A stretch of DNA of 64,000 nucleotides from the NCBI GenBank assembly GCA_039091735.1, contig JAWCLB010000001.1, forward strand, positions 721 through 64,720. Reading direction: 5' to 3'. The notes under the pieces are model-generated. The model was not told the origin of the DNA. It searched no databases and saw nothing but the letters and a program-made list of their open reading frames with translations. Numbering within the stretch: the stretch's first letter is position 1; every line of letters starts with the position of its first letter. The stretch is from Candidatus Aenigmatarchaeota archaeon (GTDB lineage Archaea > Aenigmatarchaeota > Aenigmatarchaeia > GW2011-AR5 > JAHLMP01). The position numbers were made by a program, and so were the translations under genes. Positions 8,991 through 19,050 of the stretch are shown here, piece after piece.

Positions 8991-10800
8991 AAAAATCTTT
9001 GATATACTTCTCTGGCTCAGTCGTCACCTTAAACTCTAAATCAGCAGGAAAGGCTAATCTGTAGTTCTTCCAGAGAAAACGATTATCCATGAACACAACA
9101 ACCGCTTTGTCGCTTTCTGTTCTTATGCATCTTCCAGCACTCTGCAAAGCCCTGTGAACAGCTGGATATATATATCCGTATTCTCTTCCCTTCTTGAATC
9201 TGTAGTTATAATAATTAATTAGCGCCTTCGTTGCTAAATCTGGCTTGCTTAATGAAATTCCAACTACAATGACACATTTCAGAACACCACCAAAAAAGTC
9301 CATTCCTTCTGCAAAAGATCCTGACTGGGGTCCTAAGAGCAGTTTGTTTTTTGAGCTCACAAATTCTTTGAAAAGCTTCATTTTTTCTTCTTTATTAGAG
9401 TCTTGTCTCTCCAAGCATAGCTCCTTTTTTATGTTGTCTCTTATCAGATAATAGATTTGGTCTCTAAAATCATAGCTCGGAAAAAATGCAGCCATATTTC
9501 CGTTGACAACCTCAGAGATTCTAATAATATATTCTGCTATCTTTTCAAAATTCTCTTTGGTGCGCTTCTTATATTGTGTTGTCACATCCTGTATCACGAG
9601 ATTTAACCTGTTTTTTGGCGGAAAGCATGACTTGTATTTGTTGCAGATTGTATTGTCACCAAATCCGAGAAGATCCTTATACATAGCTGGAGGGTTAAGT
9701 GTTCCTGACATTAGAATAATACAGTGTGCATCTTGTATGTCTTTGGCGAGAATTAATGGATCAAGACAAATATAATTTAATGAGATTTTATCTTTTTCTT
9801 TTTTCAGTATTCTTGCATAACCTAAGTCTTCTCCAAGCCATAAATCCAAAAAATGCGAGATAGAGCCTATGAACGATCTCTTTCTTTCTCCCCTTACTTC
9901 AATTGCTGCCAATTCCAAATCTTCTATAAGCTCGTTGTAGTCTTTTATAAGCTCTATCTCTTTTATAAAATCATTCTTCTCTACAAAGAATTCCTCTTTA
10001 TTCCCTTTTGCCAAATTTTTTAATATTTCCTCAACTTTATTGAGATTATCTTTAATTTCATGAAACCCAAATATTGTAGCTTCATGCTGAGCTTGTCTCA
10101 AAGTATACAAAGAAATCTTGCCAGATAAGAGATTTCTTATTCTATCTGGCAAATTGTGCGCTTCATCGACTATCAAAATCGTATCTTCCAGCCTTTTCCC
10201 AATTCTGTTCAGTATGTGTTCTCTTATAAAAGAGAATATGTGATAATAATCGCACACTATCACATTACAATATTTAGCAAACTCTAACATGATCTCATAA
10301 GGGCATAGCCCCCTGCATTCCATTTTTATTTCTTCTGCGTGAAGTGGCTTTTCAAACAATATTTTATTCAATACACTTCTTGCTTTTTCTGTCAGCTCTC
10401 CTTTCTGCCTCGTATTATTATAAAAGATGCAACGCTCGTTCTTTTTGATAGATGTACAATAGTCCATGAAATCATGTGTAGAGAGCATTTCAACACCTGA
10501 GATGGGGCATAACCACTTTTTGCCTATAATATCAACTGCCCTAAAATCAACCTTAAACCTCTGTTTTATTTTCTGAAGGGTTTCTATTACAATTCTATGT
10601 TGTGAATGCTTTGGTGTTAGAAAAAATATGGTCTTCCCATTCTCTAAGGCATATTCTAGCGAAGGGGCAATTGTAGCAACGGTCTTTCCAACACCTGATG
10701 GCGCATTTGCAATCAGATTCTTTCTTTCTCTAAGGCAGACCTCTACATCTTTTATCAATTCTCTTTGCCCTTCTCTTACATGCTCAAATGGAAAAAGCAT
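8983..10800 (-). CDS. xpd: XPD/Rad3-family (DinG-like) 5'-3' DNA helicase
   Basis: Walker A 'APSGVGKT', a DEAHNL box, and an Fe-S Cys cluster (C..C..C..C) between helicase motifs I and II. Confidence 0.85.
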   Translation of the reverse strand: MLFPFEHVREGQRELIKDVEVCLRERKNLIANAPSGVGKTVATIAPSLEYALENGKTIFFLTPKHSQHRIVIETLQKIKQRFKVDFRAVDIIGKKWLCPISGVEMLSTHDFMDYCTSIKKNERCIFYNNTRQKGELTEKARSVLNKILFEKPLHAEEIKMECRGLCPYEIMLEFAKYCNVIVCDYYHIFSFIREHILNRIGKRLEDTILIVDEAHNLPDRIRNLLSGKISLYTLRQAQHEATIFGFHEIKDNLNKVEEILKNLAKGNKEEFFVEKNDFIKEIELIKDYNELIEDLELAAIEVRGERKRSFIGSISHFLDLWLGEDLGYARILKKEKDKISLNYICLDPLILAKDIQDAHCIILMSGTLNPPAMYKDLLGFGDNTICNKYKSCFPPKNRLNLVIQDVTTQYKKRTKENFEKIAEYIIRISEVVNGNMAAFFPSYDFRDQIYYLIRDNIKKELCLERQDSNKEEKMKLFKEFVSSKNKLLLGPQSGSFAEGMDFFGGVLKCVIVVGISLSKPDLATKALINYYNYRFKKGREYGYIYPAVHRALQSAGRCIRTESDKAVVVFMDNRFLWKNYRLAFPADLEFKVTTEPEKYIKDFFS

Positions 10801-10849
10801 AAATTGTGATATACTTTTTAAGATTTAAAATCACAAAATAATTTTAAAT

Positions 10850-10961
10850 GCGCTGGTAGTCCAGTTGGTTAAGATACTGCCCTGCCATAATTTTGCAGAA
10901 CGGCAGCGACGCGGGTTCGAAGAGAAAAGAATAATTTTTTGAGGAAATCCCGCCCAGCGCA
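10850..10961 (+). tRNA. tRNA-Gly (anticodon GCC) with two introns: canonical 37/38 (13 nt) and T loop 59/60 (26 nt)
   Basis: Acceptor GCGCTGG/CCAGCGC with A73. Anticodon stem CTGCC/GGCAG with loop CTGCCA followed by intron TAATTTTGCAGAA (10888-10900) then C38. T stem GCGGG/CCCGC. T loop TTCGAA, then intron GAGAAAAGAATAATTTTTTGAGGAAA (10922-10947), then T60. Confidence 0.6.
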
Positions 10962-11001
10962 GATTTAAATAAATTAAAATAATTATTATTTAGTGAGATA
11001 A

Positions 11002-11433
11002 ATGCAATTCTTCAAAAAGGATAAGAAGGAAGAAGAGATCAAAGACACAGAAGAGCCAGAGCCAACGATTCAGATAAGTCCAAAACCAGAGGATATATCT
11101 GCCCCACTATTTGTAAAGGTGGATAAATACAAGGAAGCTTTACTAAATCTTCAGGAGATAAAAACGCTTCTAAATGGGCTAAAGAATATTTTTTCCATAC
11201 TGGAAGAAATGGAACAAGTCAAAAATGATGCCATAAATACATTACGAGTGACGCTTCAGAGAGTAGAAAAGAGTGTTATTGAGCTTGATAGCGGATTATT
11301 AAGACCTGCTGATGTAAAGCTCAAAATTGAAATTGAAGAGACGCCTGAAACAAAGGCTGTAGAAGATTCATTAATGGAATTGTACAACCAACTTAATACT
11401 ATTAGAGCGGAAATAGAAAAGGCTAAAGGCTAA
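11002..11433 (+). CDS. Hypothetical acidic coiled-coil protein
   Basis: 143-aa ORF with heptad-like charged repeats. Confidence 0.4.
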   Translation: MQFFKKDKKEEEIKDTEEPEPTIQISPKPEDISAPLFVKVDKYKEALLNLQEIKTLLNGLKNIFSILEEMEQVKNDAINTLRVTLQRVEKSVIELDSGLLRPADVKLKIEIEETPETKAVEDSLMELYNQLNTIRAEIEKAKG

Positions 11434-12247
11434 GTCTTGTCATAAATAATGGGCTTGCTGATTTCAGAGAATTTTTGTATCACCCTAAAATGAGTCGTGA
11501 AACAAGGGCTTTATAATAATGAATTAATAAATTTCTTTAGTCTTTTGGTTTGCTTTATGGCAGAATATAAATTTGATGAAGATAAGCTCTGTGCAAATTG
11601 CCTATAACTACCAAATATTCTGAAAGCTTCTTTGAATCTTTTATACTTCAATAAGATTTCACCTCTCTTATATTATGAGGTTAACAATTTCTTAAGATAA
11701 GGCATACCTACATAGCTTGCAATCTCCTCTTGAACCCATTTATTAAATTCAGCTCTTTACCTTTCTTAAGTCCAATCTGGATATATTATGAATCCTTTAC
11801 TCGTTCTTGCGCTCTTTTATTGATTTTTCTATCATAAAATTATGAGGTAAAAATAAGTTTGATAACTCGATATATTCTGAAGCGATGACAATTTCTTTGA
11901 TATATCTTTAGTTGATGTAAACAAATATTCTGAATGTTGTTTACAATAAACAAATCTGTCTCAAAATCCTTTGTATATTTCATCTGATTTGGGTAATAGC
12001 TTGTCTAATACTTTGGCCAATATTAAGTATCTGGCAAGGCTTTTCCTTAACTATCTCTTAAGTCATCTATTGGTATGGCCTTCACAAATTTCATTAGCTT
12101 TCATATAGCCTTCTAGCTAGACATCTAAGCATAAATGTAGTTTTTTATCTTTATAACACAGCCTTAGAACTAAGCTTATTTTTTATTCTTTAGTATGTAT
12201 ATTACACTATAGAAAACTTTAAATAGTAGTTATCACATAGTAGTATA

Positions 12248-12655
12248 GTGATTGAAATGGTTAAAGAAAAGAAAATAACAAGAGAGGATATAGAAAGGGC
12301 AACACTAGAATTGGGTCCAACATTACTTAGAATATATGAAAGCGATAAAGGCCTGCAAGACTATGTTAAAGCTTATGAAGAAAGCCTAAAAAAGAAAAGG
12401 GTTGACTACATAAAATTGGATGGTCATATATATAGAATCGAACATGTTGGAAGAGACCCACTAACAGGGGGTGAGATGGGCATAATATTTACAATATTGA
12501 GGGAGGATGGCAAAATAGGCGAAGTTCCCCTTACTGAGCACCCTATCTATATTAGTGGGGTATTAAATTCAATAAAGAAATATGCAAAGGAAAAAAAGAA
12601 AGAAGAGATTATAAAGGCGAATAAAGAGATCTTTAAGAAATATAATATTGATTGA
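12248..12655 (+). CDS. Hypothetical protein
   Basis: 135-aa ORF with coding-like composition. No motif recognised. Confidence 0.35.
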   Translation: MIEMVKEKKITREDIERATLELGPTLLRIYESDKGLQDYVKAYEESLKKKRVDYIKLDGHIYRIEHVGRDPLTGGEMGIIFTILREDGKIGEVPLTEHPIYISGVLNSIKKYAKEKKKEEIIKANKEIFKKYNID

Positions 12656-12776
12656 TTATCCTATTCTTGAACTCAAATGCCCTCTCTACTTATTATTTGC
12701 CACAGAAGTTGAGCACAATAATCTTGCCTAAACTATATATATTGCTACTATACAAAATAATTATGAGGATGGTATC

Positions 12777-13232
12777 ATGAAAGGGATATCGCCATTAATA
12801 GCTGCTGTCCTGTTGATAGCGTTTACAGTAAGCGTCTCACTAATAATCTCAGGATGGTTCACTTCATTAACAAGATCTACTACAGAAAATATTAGTAATC
12901 GGTCTGCTCAAAGTATAGAGTGTTCGTATGGTGGAATTAATATAAGAAGACCATGCAAAAGCGGCGAAAATATTACTGGCATAATTGAAAATACAGGTTC
13001 TGTGGATCTAAGCAATATCGGCATGGAAATCCTGTATTCGAATGGTAGCTCAAGAAATTATAACTACACCCAACTTGGCTTTAGCAGCAATTCTCTTCTT
13101 GTCGGCAACCAACAGTATTTCAATGTTGAGCTTGGTGCTTCACTAAGTGATATAATTTTAATTAGGGTAAAAACCAATTGTCCTCAGGTCGATGATGAGA
13201 TAGAGTCAAGCACAATAACAGCCTGTACTTAA
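12777..13232 (+). CDS. Archaeal type IV pilin-like protein (class III signal peptide, DUF361-like)
   Basis: N-terminus 'MKGISPLIAAVLLIAFTVSVSLIISGW' is a positive residue, G, then a hydrophobic stretch: the prepilin peptidase (PibD/FlaK) cleavage motif. It is followed by a beta-rich, N-glycosylation-sequon-rich (N-x-S/T) domain. Confidence 0.65.
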   Translation: MKGISPLIAAVLLIAFTVSVSLIISGWFTSLTRSTTENISNRSAQSIECSYGGINIRRPCKSGENITGIIENTGSVDLSNIGMEILYSNGSSRNYNYTQLGFSSNSLLVGNQQYFNVELGASLSDIILIRVKTNCPQVDDEIESSTITACT

Positions 13233-13273
13233 ACTTAAATACTTTTTGGTCAATTATTTATTATCGTTTTCTC

Positions 13274-13885
13274 TTGAAGGTTTTTCAAATGAGGCAAGAA
13301 ACAGAGAAATACGGAACAACAACATGTGGTTTAATCGCAAAGAATTGTTTAGTGTTAGCAGCAGAAACAAAGGCCACGATGGGAAATTTGGTTATAAGTA
13401 AAGAGGATAAGAAGATATATCAGATAGATGATAAGATAGCTATAGCAACAGCTGGGTCAGTAGGTGATTTGCAACAGCTAATAAGGATACTGAAGGCAGA
13501 AATCAATTTATATAAATTGGAAAGAGAGGTAACAGTCAATGCAGCTGCAACTTTGCTATCAAACATACTTCAGTCAAGCAGAATATTTCCTTTTATGGTA
13601 GGTTTGATTCTTGGTGGTTTTGACTCGACTGGATTTCGCCTTTTTGGTATTGATGCAATAGGCGGGATAACAGAGGATAAATATATCTCGACAGGCTCGG
13701 GCTCTCCCATAGTTTACGGTATTCTCGAAAAAGACTATAAGGAAGATTTAACAAAAAATGATGCTATAAATCTTTTGGTTCAGGCAATAAGGGCAGCAAG
13801 AGAAAGGGATGTATACTCTGGCGGAAAGAAAATAAATATTGCTGTTATTACAGAAAAGGGTATTGAATTTTCGTCTATGGAATAA
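13274..13885 (+). CDS. psmB: Proteasome beta subunit
   Basis: A propeptide followed by the catalytic 'TTTCGL' N-terminus, and an Ntn-hydrolase fold signature. Confidence 0.9.
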   Translation: MKVFQMRQETEKYGTTTCGLIAKNCLVLAAETKATMGNLVISKEDKKIYQIDDKIAIATAGSVGDLQQLIRILKAEINLYKLEREVTVNAAATLLSNILQSSRIFPFMVGLILGGFDSTGFRLFGIDAIGGITEDKYISTGSGSPIVYGILEKDYKEDLTKNDAINLLVQAIRAARERDVYSGGKKINIAVITEKGIEFSSME

Positions 13886-13927
13886 AAAAATTCTGTAATT
13901 ATTCTCAGTGTTTCAATAAATTCTAAA

Positions 13928-15808
13928 GTGAATAAAATGAACGAAAGCATAATTGAAAAGATTAAGAAAGAAATACCAGAAGATGTAATCAGCGAAATCT
14001 GTTATGAGGGTTCAGATATAGTCATATATACAAAGGATGAAGACTTTTTGAAAAATTCATATGAACTCATAAAATCCATAGTTGATAAACTAAAAAAGAG
14101 GATTAGCATAAGGGCAGACCCAAGTATTACAGAAAAGGTGGATAAAACAGAAGAGATAATAAGAAGCCTTGTTTCTGAAGAAGGAGAACTTACTAACATT
14201 TATTTTGAACCAGAATTTTCTAAAGTAATAATACACGCAAAAAAACCAGGCATAATTATCGGAAAAAACGGAGAAAATGTAAAGAAGATTATAGAAAAAA
14301 CGAATTGGCTTCCTGTTGTCAAACGCAGTTGTATAATAGAAAGTGATGTTGTACGTGCAATAAGAAATATGCTACATAAAGAGGCTGGTAACAGAAAAAA
14401 ATTCCTAAATGAGCTTGGTAAAAAAATATATTCACCAATGAAAGATGTTGAGTGGATAAGAGCCACGCTTTTGGGTGGTTTTAAAGAAGTCGGAAGGTCG
14501 TGCATTTTATTAAGAACCCCTCAAACAAACATATTATTAGATTGTGGGATTTCTGTTTCTAATCAAAAGCAACCGTATCCACACCTAGACGTACCTGAAT
14601 TCATTATACAGGAGCTCGATGCAATTGTTATATCGCACGCTCATCTTGACCATTGCGGCCTAATACCAATGCTATACGAGAAATATAACTTTAGAGGGCC
14701 TGTGTATTGCACAGAGCCTACGCGAGACCTAATGGCTCTGCTCCAATTAGATTATATAGATGTGTGCCAAAAAGAGAATAAAGAATTGCCATATGGAATA
14801 AAAGGAATAGAGGAAACAATAAAACATAGTATTGCCTTAGAATATGGAGAAGTCAGCGACATAGCACCTGATATGAGGCTAACACTTGAGAACGCTGGTC
14901 ATATGCTTGGCTCATCCCTTATTCATCTGAATATCGGAAATGGTGCATACAATCTTCTATATACAGGTGATATTAAGTACGGGACTACAAGATTGTTTAG
15001 CCCCGCAAGAACAGATTTCACGAGAGTAGAAGGATTAATAATAGAATCTACTTATGGTAGCAGTGAGGATGTGCAACCACCAAGAAGAGAGGTTGAATTC
15101 AAACTGATAGATGCTGTAAAGCGAGTAGTAGAAAGGGGTGGAAAGGTGTTAATCCCAAGTTTTGCTGCTGAAAGGGGTCAGGAGGTTGTAGCTATACTTA
15201 CGTCTATTGGTGTTAACGAACTTGATGTCCCAATATATCTTGATGGTATGCTGTGGGATGCAACTGCTATCCATACTGCCTATCCTGAGTTTTTAAGCAA
15301 AGAGATGCAAACCAAAATCCTCCACAGATCTGAAAATCCTTTTTTAGATCCAAGAATAAAGGGCATAGGTTCTCAACAAGAAAGAGAAAACGCGATAACA
15401 GAAGCAAAGCCAAGTGTTATCATCTCAACCTCTGGGATGTTAAATGGAGGACCTATTTTAAATTACTTGGAAAGGCTTGGTGACAACCCAAAAAATATGT
15501 TAATATTTGTCGGATATCAGGGAGAAGGCACGCTTGGCCGAAGAATCCAAAAGGGATGGCGCTACCTATCAATAAATGGTAGAACAGTTGAACTTAATCT
15601 AGAAGTTATGTCAATTGAAGGTCTAAGTGGACACTCTCCACAAAAAGAGCTTATTAATTATGTTGAACACCTTAGAACTCTTCCAAGAAAGATTATGGTA
15701 AATCACGGTGAAAGCTCTAAATGTTCAGAGCTCGCAAGAACTCTTTATCAGATATTTAAAGTCGAGACTTCAGCGCCAAAAAACCTAGAAACCGTTAGAC
15801 TAAAATAA
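13928..15808 (+). CDS. aCPSF1 / FttA (KH-domain beta-CASP metallo-beta-lactamase ribonuclease)
   Basis: 626 aa with N-terminal KH domains, an HAHLDHCG MBL motif, and a beta-CASP C-terminal region. Confidence 0.9.
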   Translation: MNKMNESIIEKIKKEIPEDVISEICYEGSDIVIYTKDEDFLKNSYELIKSIVDKLKKRISIRADPSITEKVDKTEEIIRSLVSEEGELTNIYFEPEFSKVIIHAKKPGIIIGKNGENVKKIIEKTNWLPVVKRSCIIESDVVRAIRNMLHKEAGNRKKFLNELGKKIYSPMKDVEWIRATLLGGFKEVGRSCILLRTPQTNILLDCGISVSNQKQPYPHLDVPEFIIQELDAIVISHAHLDHCGLIPMLYEKYNFRGPVYCTEPTRDLMALLQLDYIDVCQKENKELPYGIKGIEETIKHSIALEYGEVSDIAPDMRLTLENAGHMLGSSLIHLNIGNGAYNLLYTGDIKYGTTRLFSPARTDFTRVEGLIIESTYGSSEDVQPPRREVEFKLIDAVKRVVERGGKVLIPSFAAERGQEVVAILTSIGVNELDVPIYLDGMLWDATAIHTAYPEFLSKEMQTKILHRSENPFLDPRIKGIGSQQERENAITEAKPSVIISTSGMLNGGPILNYLERLGDNPKNMLIFVGYQGEGTLGRRIQKGWRYLSINGRTVELNLEVMSIEGLSGHSPQKELINYVEHLRTLPRKIMVNHGESSKCSELARTLYQIFKVETSAPKNLETVRLK

Positions 15809-15853
15809 ATTTTTTCATGCAAACAGCAAACTTTAATTGACTTTGCTCCTCTT

Positions 15854-16972
15854 TTGAATAATAATCTTTATGGTGGCAAAATGGAATACAGAAGGGTCAG
15901 AGAAGGTGAAGTCGAGATTTATGTACCTAATGTAGAACTCCCTGAAAAAGGGAGAAAATATGGTTTCTACAATCCTGAGATGAAAACAGACAGAGACATT
16001 TCAGTAGCAACTTTGTCTGTGTTTAAGAAAATTTTTTCAGAAATCTCTAGTAAAGAAATTAAAATTTGCGACTTATTGTGCGCCACAGGTATAAGGGGCA
16101 TAAGATATAAAAAAGAGATTGGGGGCGAGGTTACTATAAATGATGTCAACGAAAATGCAATAGAACTTGCAAAAAGAAATGTTGACCTAAATGGATTAAA
16201 TGTAACTGTAAGAAATGAAGATGCAAATCTCCTGCTTGCAAAAGAGAGGTTTGATGTAATAGACATAGATCCATTTGGCTCTCCTGTATATTTTGTAGGA
16301 GCAGCTGCAAGGTCATTAACAAAATTTTCATTTTTGTGCGTAACAGCAACTGATACAGCAACCCTGTTTGGTGTGCACCCTGAAACATGCAGAAGAAGAT
16401 ATGGGGCATTATCCATAAAATGCCAATTCTCGAAAGAGCTCGGAACAAGAATATTATTGAGCTTTTTGATAAAGGAATTTGCAAAATACGGGAAGTGTTT
16501 TACTCCTATCTTGTCATATTCAAAGAGGCATTATGTGAGAATTTTCGGTATGGTTGAAAAGTCAGGCAATAAAATCAATAAAATATTAAATCAGCTTAAG
16601 CTTTTGTCATATTATGATGGACTATGGCAAGAGGGTATAAAAAATGGGATGAAACCCATTGGCGAGATATATCTTGGAGAGACTAGCAATAAGGAATTTT
16701 GTAATAAGATTATAGAAGAGGTTAAAAAGAGGGGGCTAGAAGGAATAAAGATTTTGAATATGATAACAGACGAGATAGATGAACCTTTTTATTATGATAT
16801 TCGATGGATTGCAAAGAGATATAAGATAAAAATGCTTCCAATAGAAGAGATTATAAGCTGGTTGAGACAAATGGGATTTAAGGCGAGCAGAACTGCTTTC
16901 TGTGATTTCGGAATCAAGACAAATGCTAGAGCAGAAGATATTAAAAATATTAAAAAAATAGAAGGTTTATGA
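15854..16972 (+). CDS. trm1: tRNA (guanine26-N2)-dimethyltransferase Trm1
   Basis: TRM1 family signature 'ICDLLCATGIRGIRY' and a SAM-binding fold. 372 aa. Confidence 0.85.
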   Translation: MNNNLYGGKMEYRRVREGEVEIYVPNVELPEKGRKYGFYNPEMKTDRDISVATLSVFKKIFSEISSKEIKICDLLCATGIRGIRYKKEIGGEVTINDVNENAIELAKRNVDLNGLNVTVRNEDANLLLAKERFDVIDIDPFGSPVYFVGAAARSLTKFSFLCVTATDTATLFGVHPETCRRRYGALSIKCQFSKELGTRILLSFLIKEFAKYGKCFTPILSYSKRHYVRIFGMVEKSGNKINKILNQLKLLSYYDGLWQEGIKNGMKPIGEIYLGETSNKEFCNKIIEEVKKRGLEGIKILNMITDEIDEPFYYDIRWIAKRYKIKMLPIEEIISWLRQMGFKASRTAFCDFGIKTNARAEDIKNIKKIEGL

Positions 16973-17550
16973 AACGCTTATTGGAATTGGCAAAACTTAT
17001 TAATGATAAAGAATTGAGAGAAAAGACTATTGAATTGCTGAAGAACACGAGAATCTCTAATAAATACTTCAAAAAATACAAAGAAAAGGGAATAAAAATT
17101 GATAAAGCATTTGGTGGACCGAGCAATTTCCATCACGCATATAGCGGTGGATTGGTTGAACATACATATGCCGTCACTACTTTTTGCATAGAACTAGCAA
17201 AAAATCTCGAAAAGGTATATAATATCAAGATTAACATGGACTATCTTATCTCTGCTGCTCTTTTGCACGATATAATGAAAATTTTCTATTTCAAAAGGGT
17301 AGGAAAGAATATAATCTCTGCAGATGTAATGTTAGACCATGGTATATGGGCTTGCTGTGAACTCTACTTAAGAGATTTTCCTGAAGAGATAATTCACATC
17401 ATTGCAAGCCATTTTGGACCATCAGGACCAAATCCGCCACAGACAATAGAAGCTATAATCCTGTTTTATGCTGATTCTTTAGATGCTAGTATAGATTCAT
17501 TATTACATCGCAAAAAGATTATTATCTTAGATTCAAACTCTGTGTCTTGA
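16969..17550 (+). CDS. HD-domain phosphohydrolase
   Basis: Motifs 'HHAYSGGLVEH' and 'LLHDIMK'. Start overlaps the trm1 stop (operon). Confidence 0.6.
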   Translation: MKRLLELAKLINDKELREKTIELLKNTRISNKYFKKYKEKGIKIDKAFGGPSNFHHAYSGGLVEHTYAVTTFCIELAKNLEKVYNIKINMDYLISAALLHDIMKIFYFKRVGKNIISADVMLDHGIWACCELYLRDFPEEIIHIIASHFGPSGPNPPQTIEAIILFYADSLDASIDSLLHRKKIIILDSNSVS

Positions 17551-18049
17551 TGCATCAAGACAGGCACAAGATTCACATTAGTAAATTGGTTCTTCGTATT
17601 TTGATTGGGGCCTTGCCTAAATATCTGGCATGCATGCGGTATTGTTAGAAGAACAACGCATGCAGGTTGTTCACATAATCCGCTAGTAGTATTTGCTTTG
17701 ATTTTGAAAAACAATGATTAATATAGAGAATTGAACGAATTTTTTGAAAGGATTATAGAAATATTATCAAAAGGGTGTTGAGTACGTATTTGTGAACTAC
17801 TCCTAAGCCTTTGGAAGGGTCTTCCTGTTTCGTAATCCCATCGTCAGAGTGAGACAGATTATTCCTATTACGAGCAAGGCTCATGGATTAGCGCAGGTGT
17901 TTATGATTAAGGTAATTCAGGCGTCTGCAATAGTTTCACTAAAAATATATGTGAAAGAATATAAGTTACCTTTCATCTTAAGCTTTCACAAATGGCTTCT
18001 TGGTGATGAAGCTAAAAAGACTAAAAGAACATCTCTTATATAATCATGT

Positions 18050-18895
18050 TTATCTACGAATAATAATTCGTCTTCTTATTTTAGCATCCAAAACAATATG
18101 AAAAACCTTTGGTGCGTAGCTCTTAACTTTTCTTTTTTCCAAAATTTTTTCTACCTCGTATCCATTTTTTTCTGCATAATATTTTATTGTTTCAATCGGC
18201 CTTTTCCACAAATCCTCCTTTTTGAAGATATTATGATAATGAATTATTCCGTGATTCTTCGAGAATGAAAATGCACTTGGCAGAAACTTGTCGGTATCTT
18301 TGATATATCCCATTATTACATGGTCAGCAATACCTTGAAAATTCTTTTGTTTCGCAACCTGTCTGCAGTCACCCAAAATCGGAACAATGTTTGTTATTTT
18401 ATTCAATTTTATGTTTTCTTGCAAGAGCTTGAAAGCATAAGGATTCTTCTCTATTGCATATATTATCTTTGCTTTAGAAAATTTGCCTATACCCAGAGAA
18501 AAATAACCAATCCCTGCAAACATATCAACAACTGTAACATTTGGGCTTATCTCTTTGATCAATCGCTGACGCTCGTAAAGATTCCCTTTGGAAAACATAA
18601 CCCTTGAGACATCAATCTTATATAAAATCCCATTTTCTTTGTGAATAGTTTCTGTCTCACAGCCAGCTAAGATATTAATTTTCGGCATTCTGAATACGCC
18701 CTTTATTTCAGATAACTCACAAACTGTTTTTATATGGGGCAATACCTCTAGAACAGCAGATGCAAGAGCCTTCTTTTCTTTTTTCAGCAACCTCTGAGAC
18801 TTTATTAAGAAGATATCCCCAATTATCTGATATGAATTTGGTATTTTCTCTTTACTTATTCCGGATTTTTCAGCAAGCTTTTCTCTTAGAGACAT
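18050..18895 (-). CDS. Trm5/Taw2-family tRNA methyltransferase (wyosine pathway / m1G37)
   Basis: Met-10+ like fold with SAM motif 'VVDMFAGIGYFSL' and an NPY-like motif. Confidence 0.8.
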   Translation of the reverse strand: MSLREKLAEKSGISKEKIPNSYQIIGDIFLIKSQRLLKKEKKALASAVLEVLPHIKTVCELSEIKGVFRMPKINILAGCETETIHKENGILYKIDVSRVMFSKGNLYERQRLIKEISPNVTVVDMFAGIGYFSLGIGKFSKAKIIYAIEKNPYAFKLLQENIKLNKITNIVPILGDCRQVAKQKNFQGIADHVIMGYIKDTDKFLPSAFSFSKNHGIIHYHNIFKKEDLWKRPIETIKYYAEKNGYEVEKILEKRKVKSYAPKVFHIVLDAKIRRRIIIRR

Positions 18896-19050
18896 AAATT
18901 AAAAATATGAATAGGAAATATTAATCTGCATGAATCATGTAAAAAATACTATCGTTAATAAAATTTCATTATTTTATTGAAAAAGAATTAAGTATCTTTT
19001 AAAGGATTCGTTTATACTCTCCAGTTAATTTTTAGATGGTGTGAACAAAA

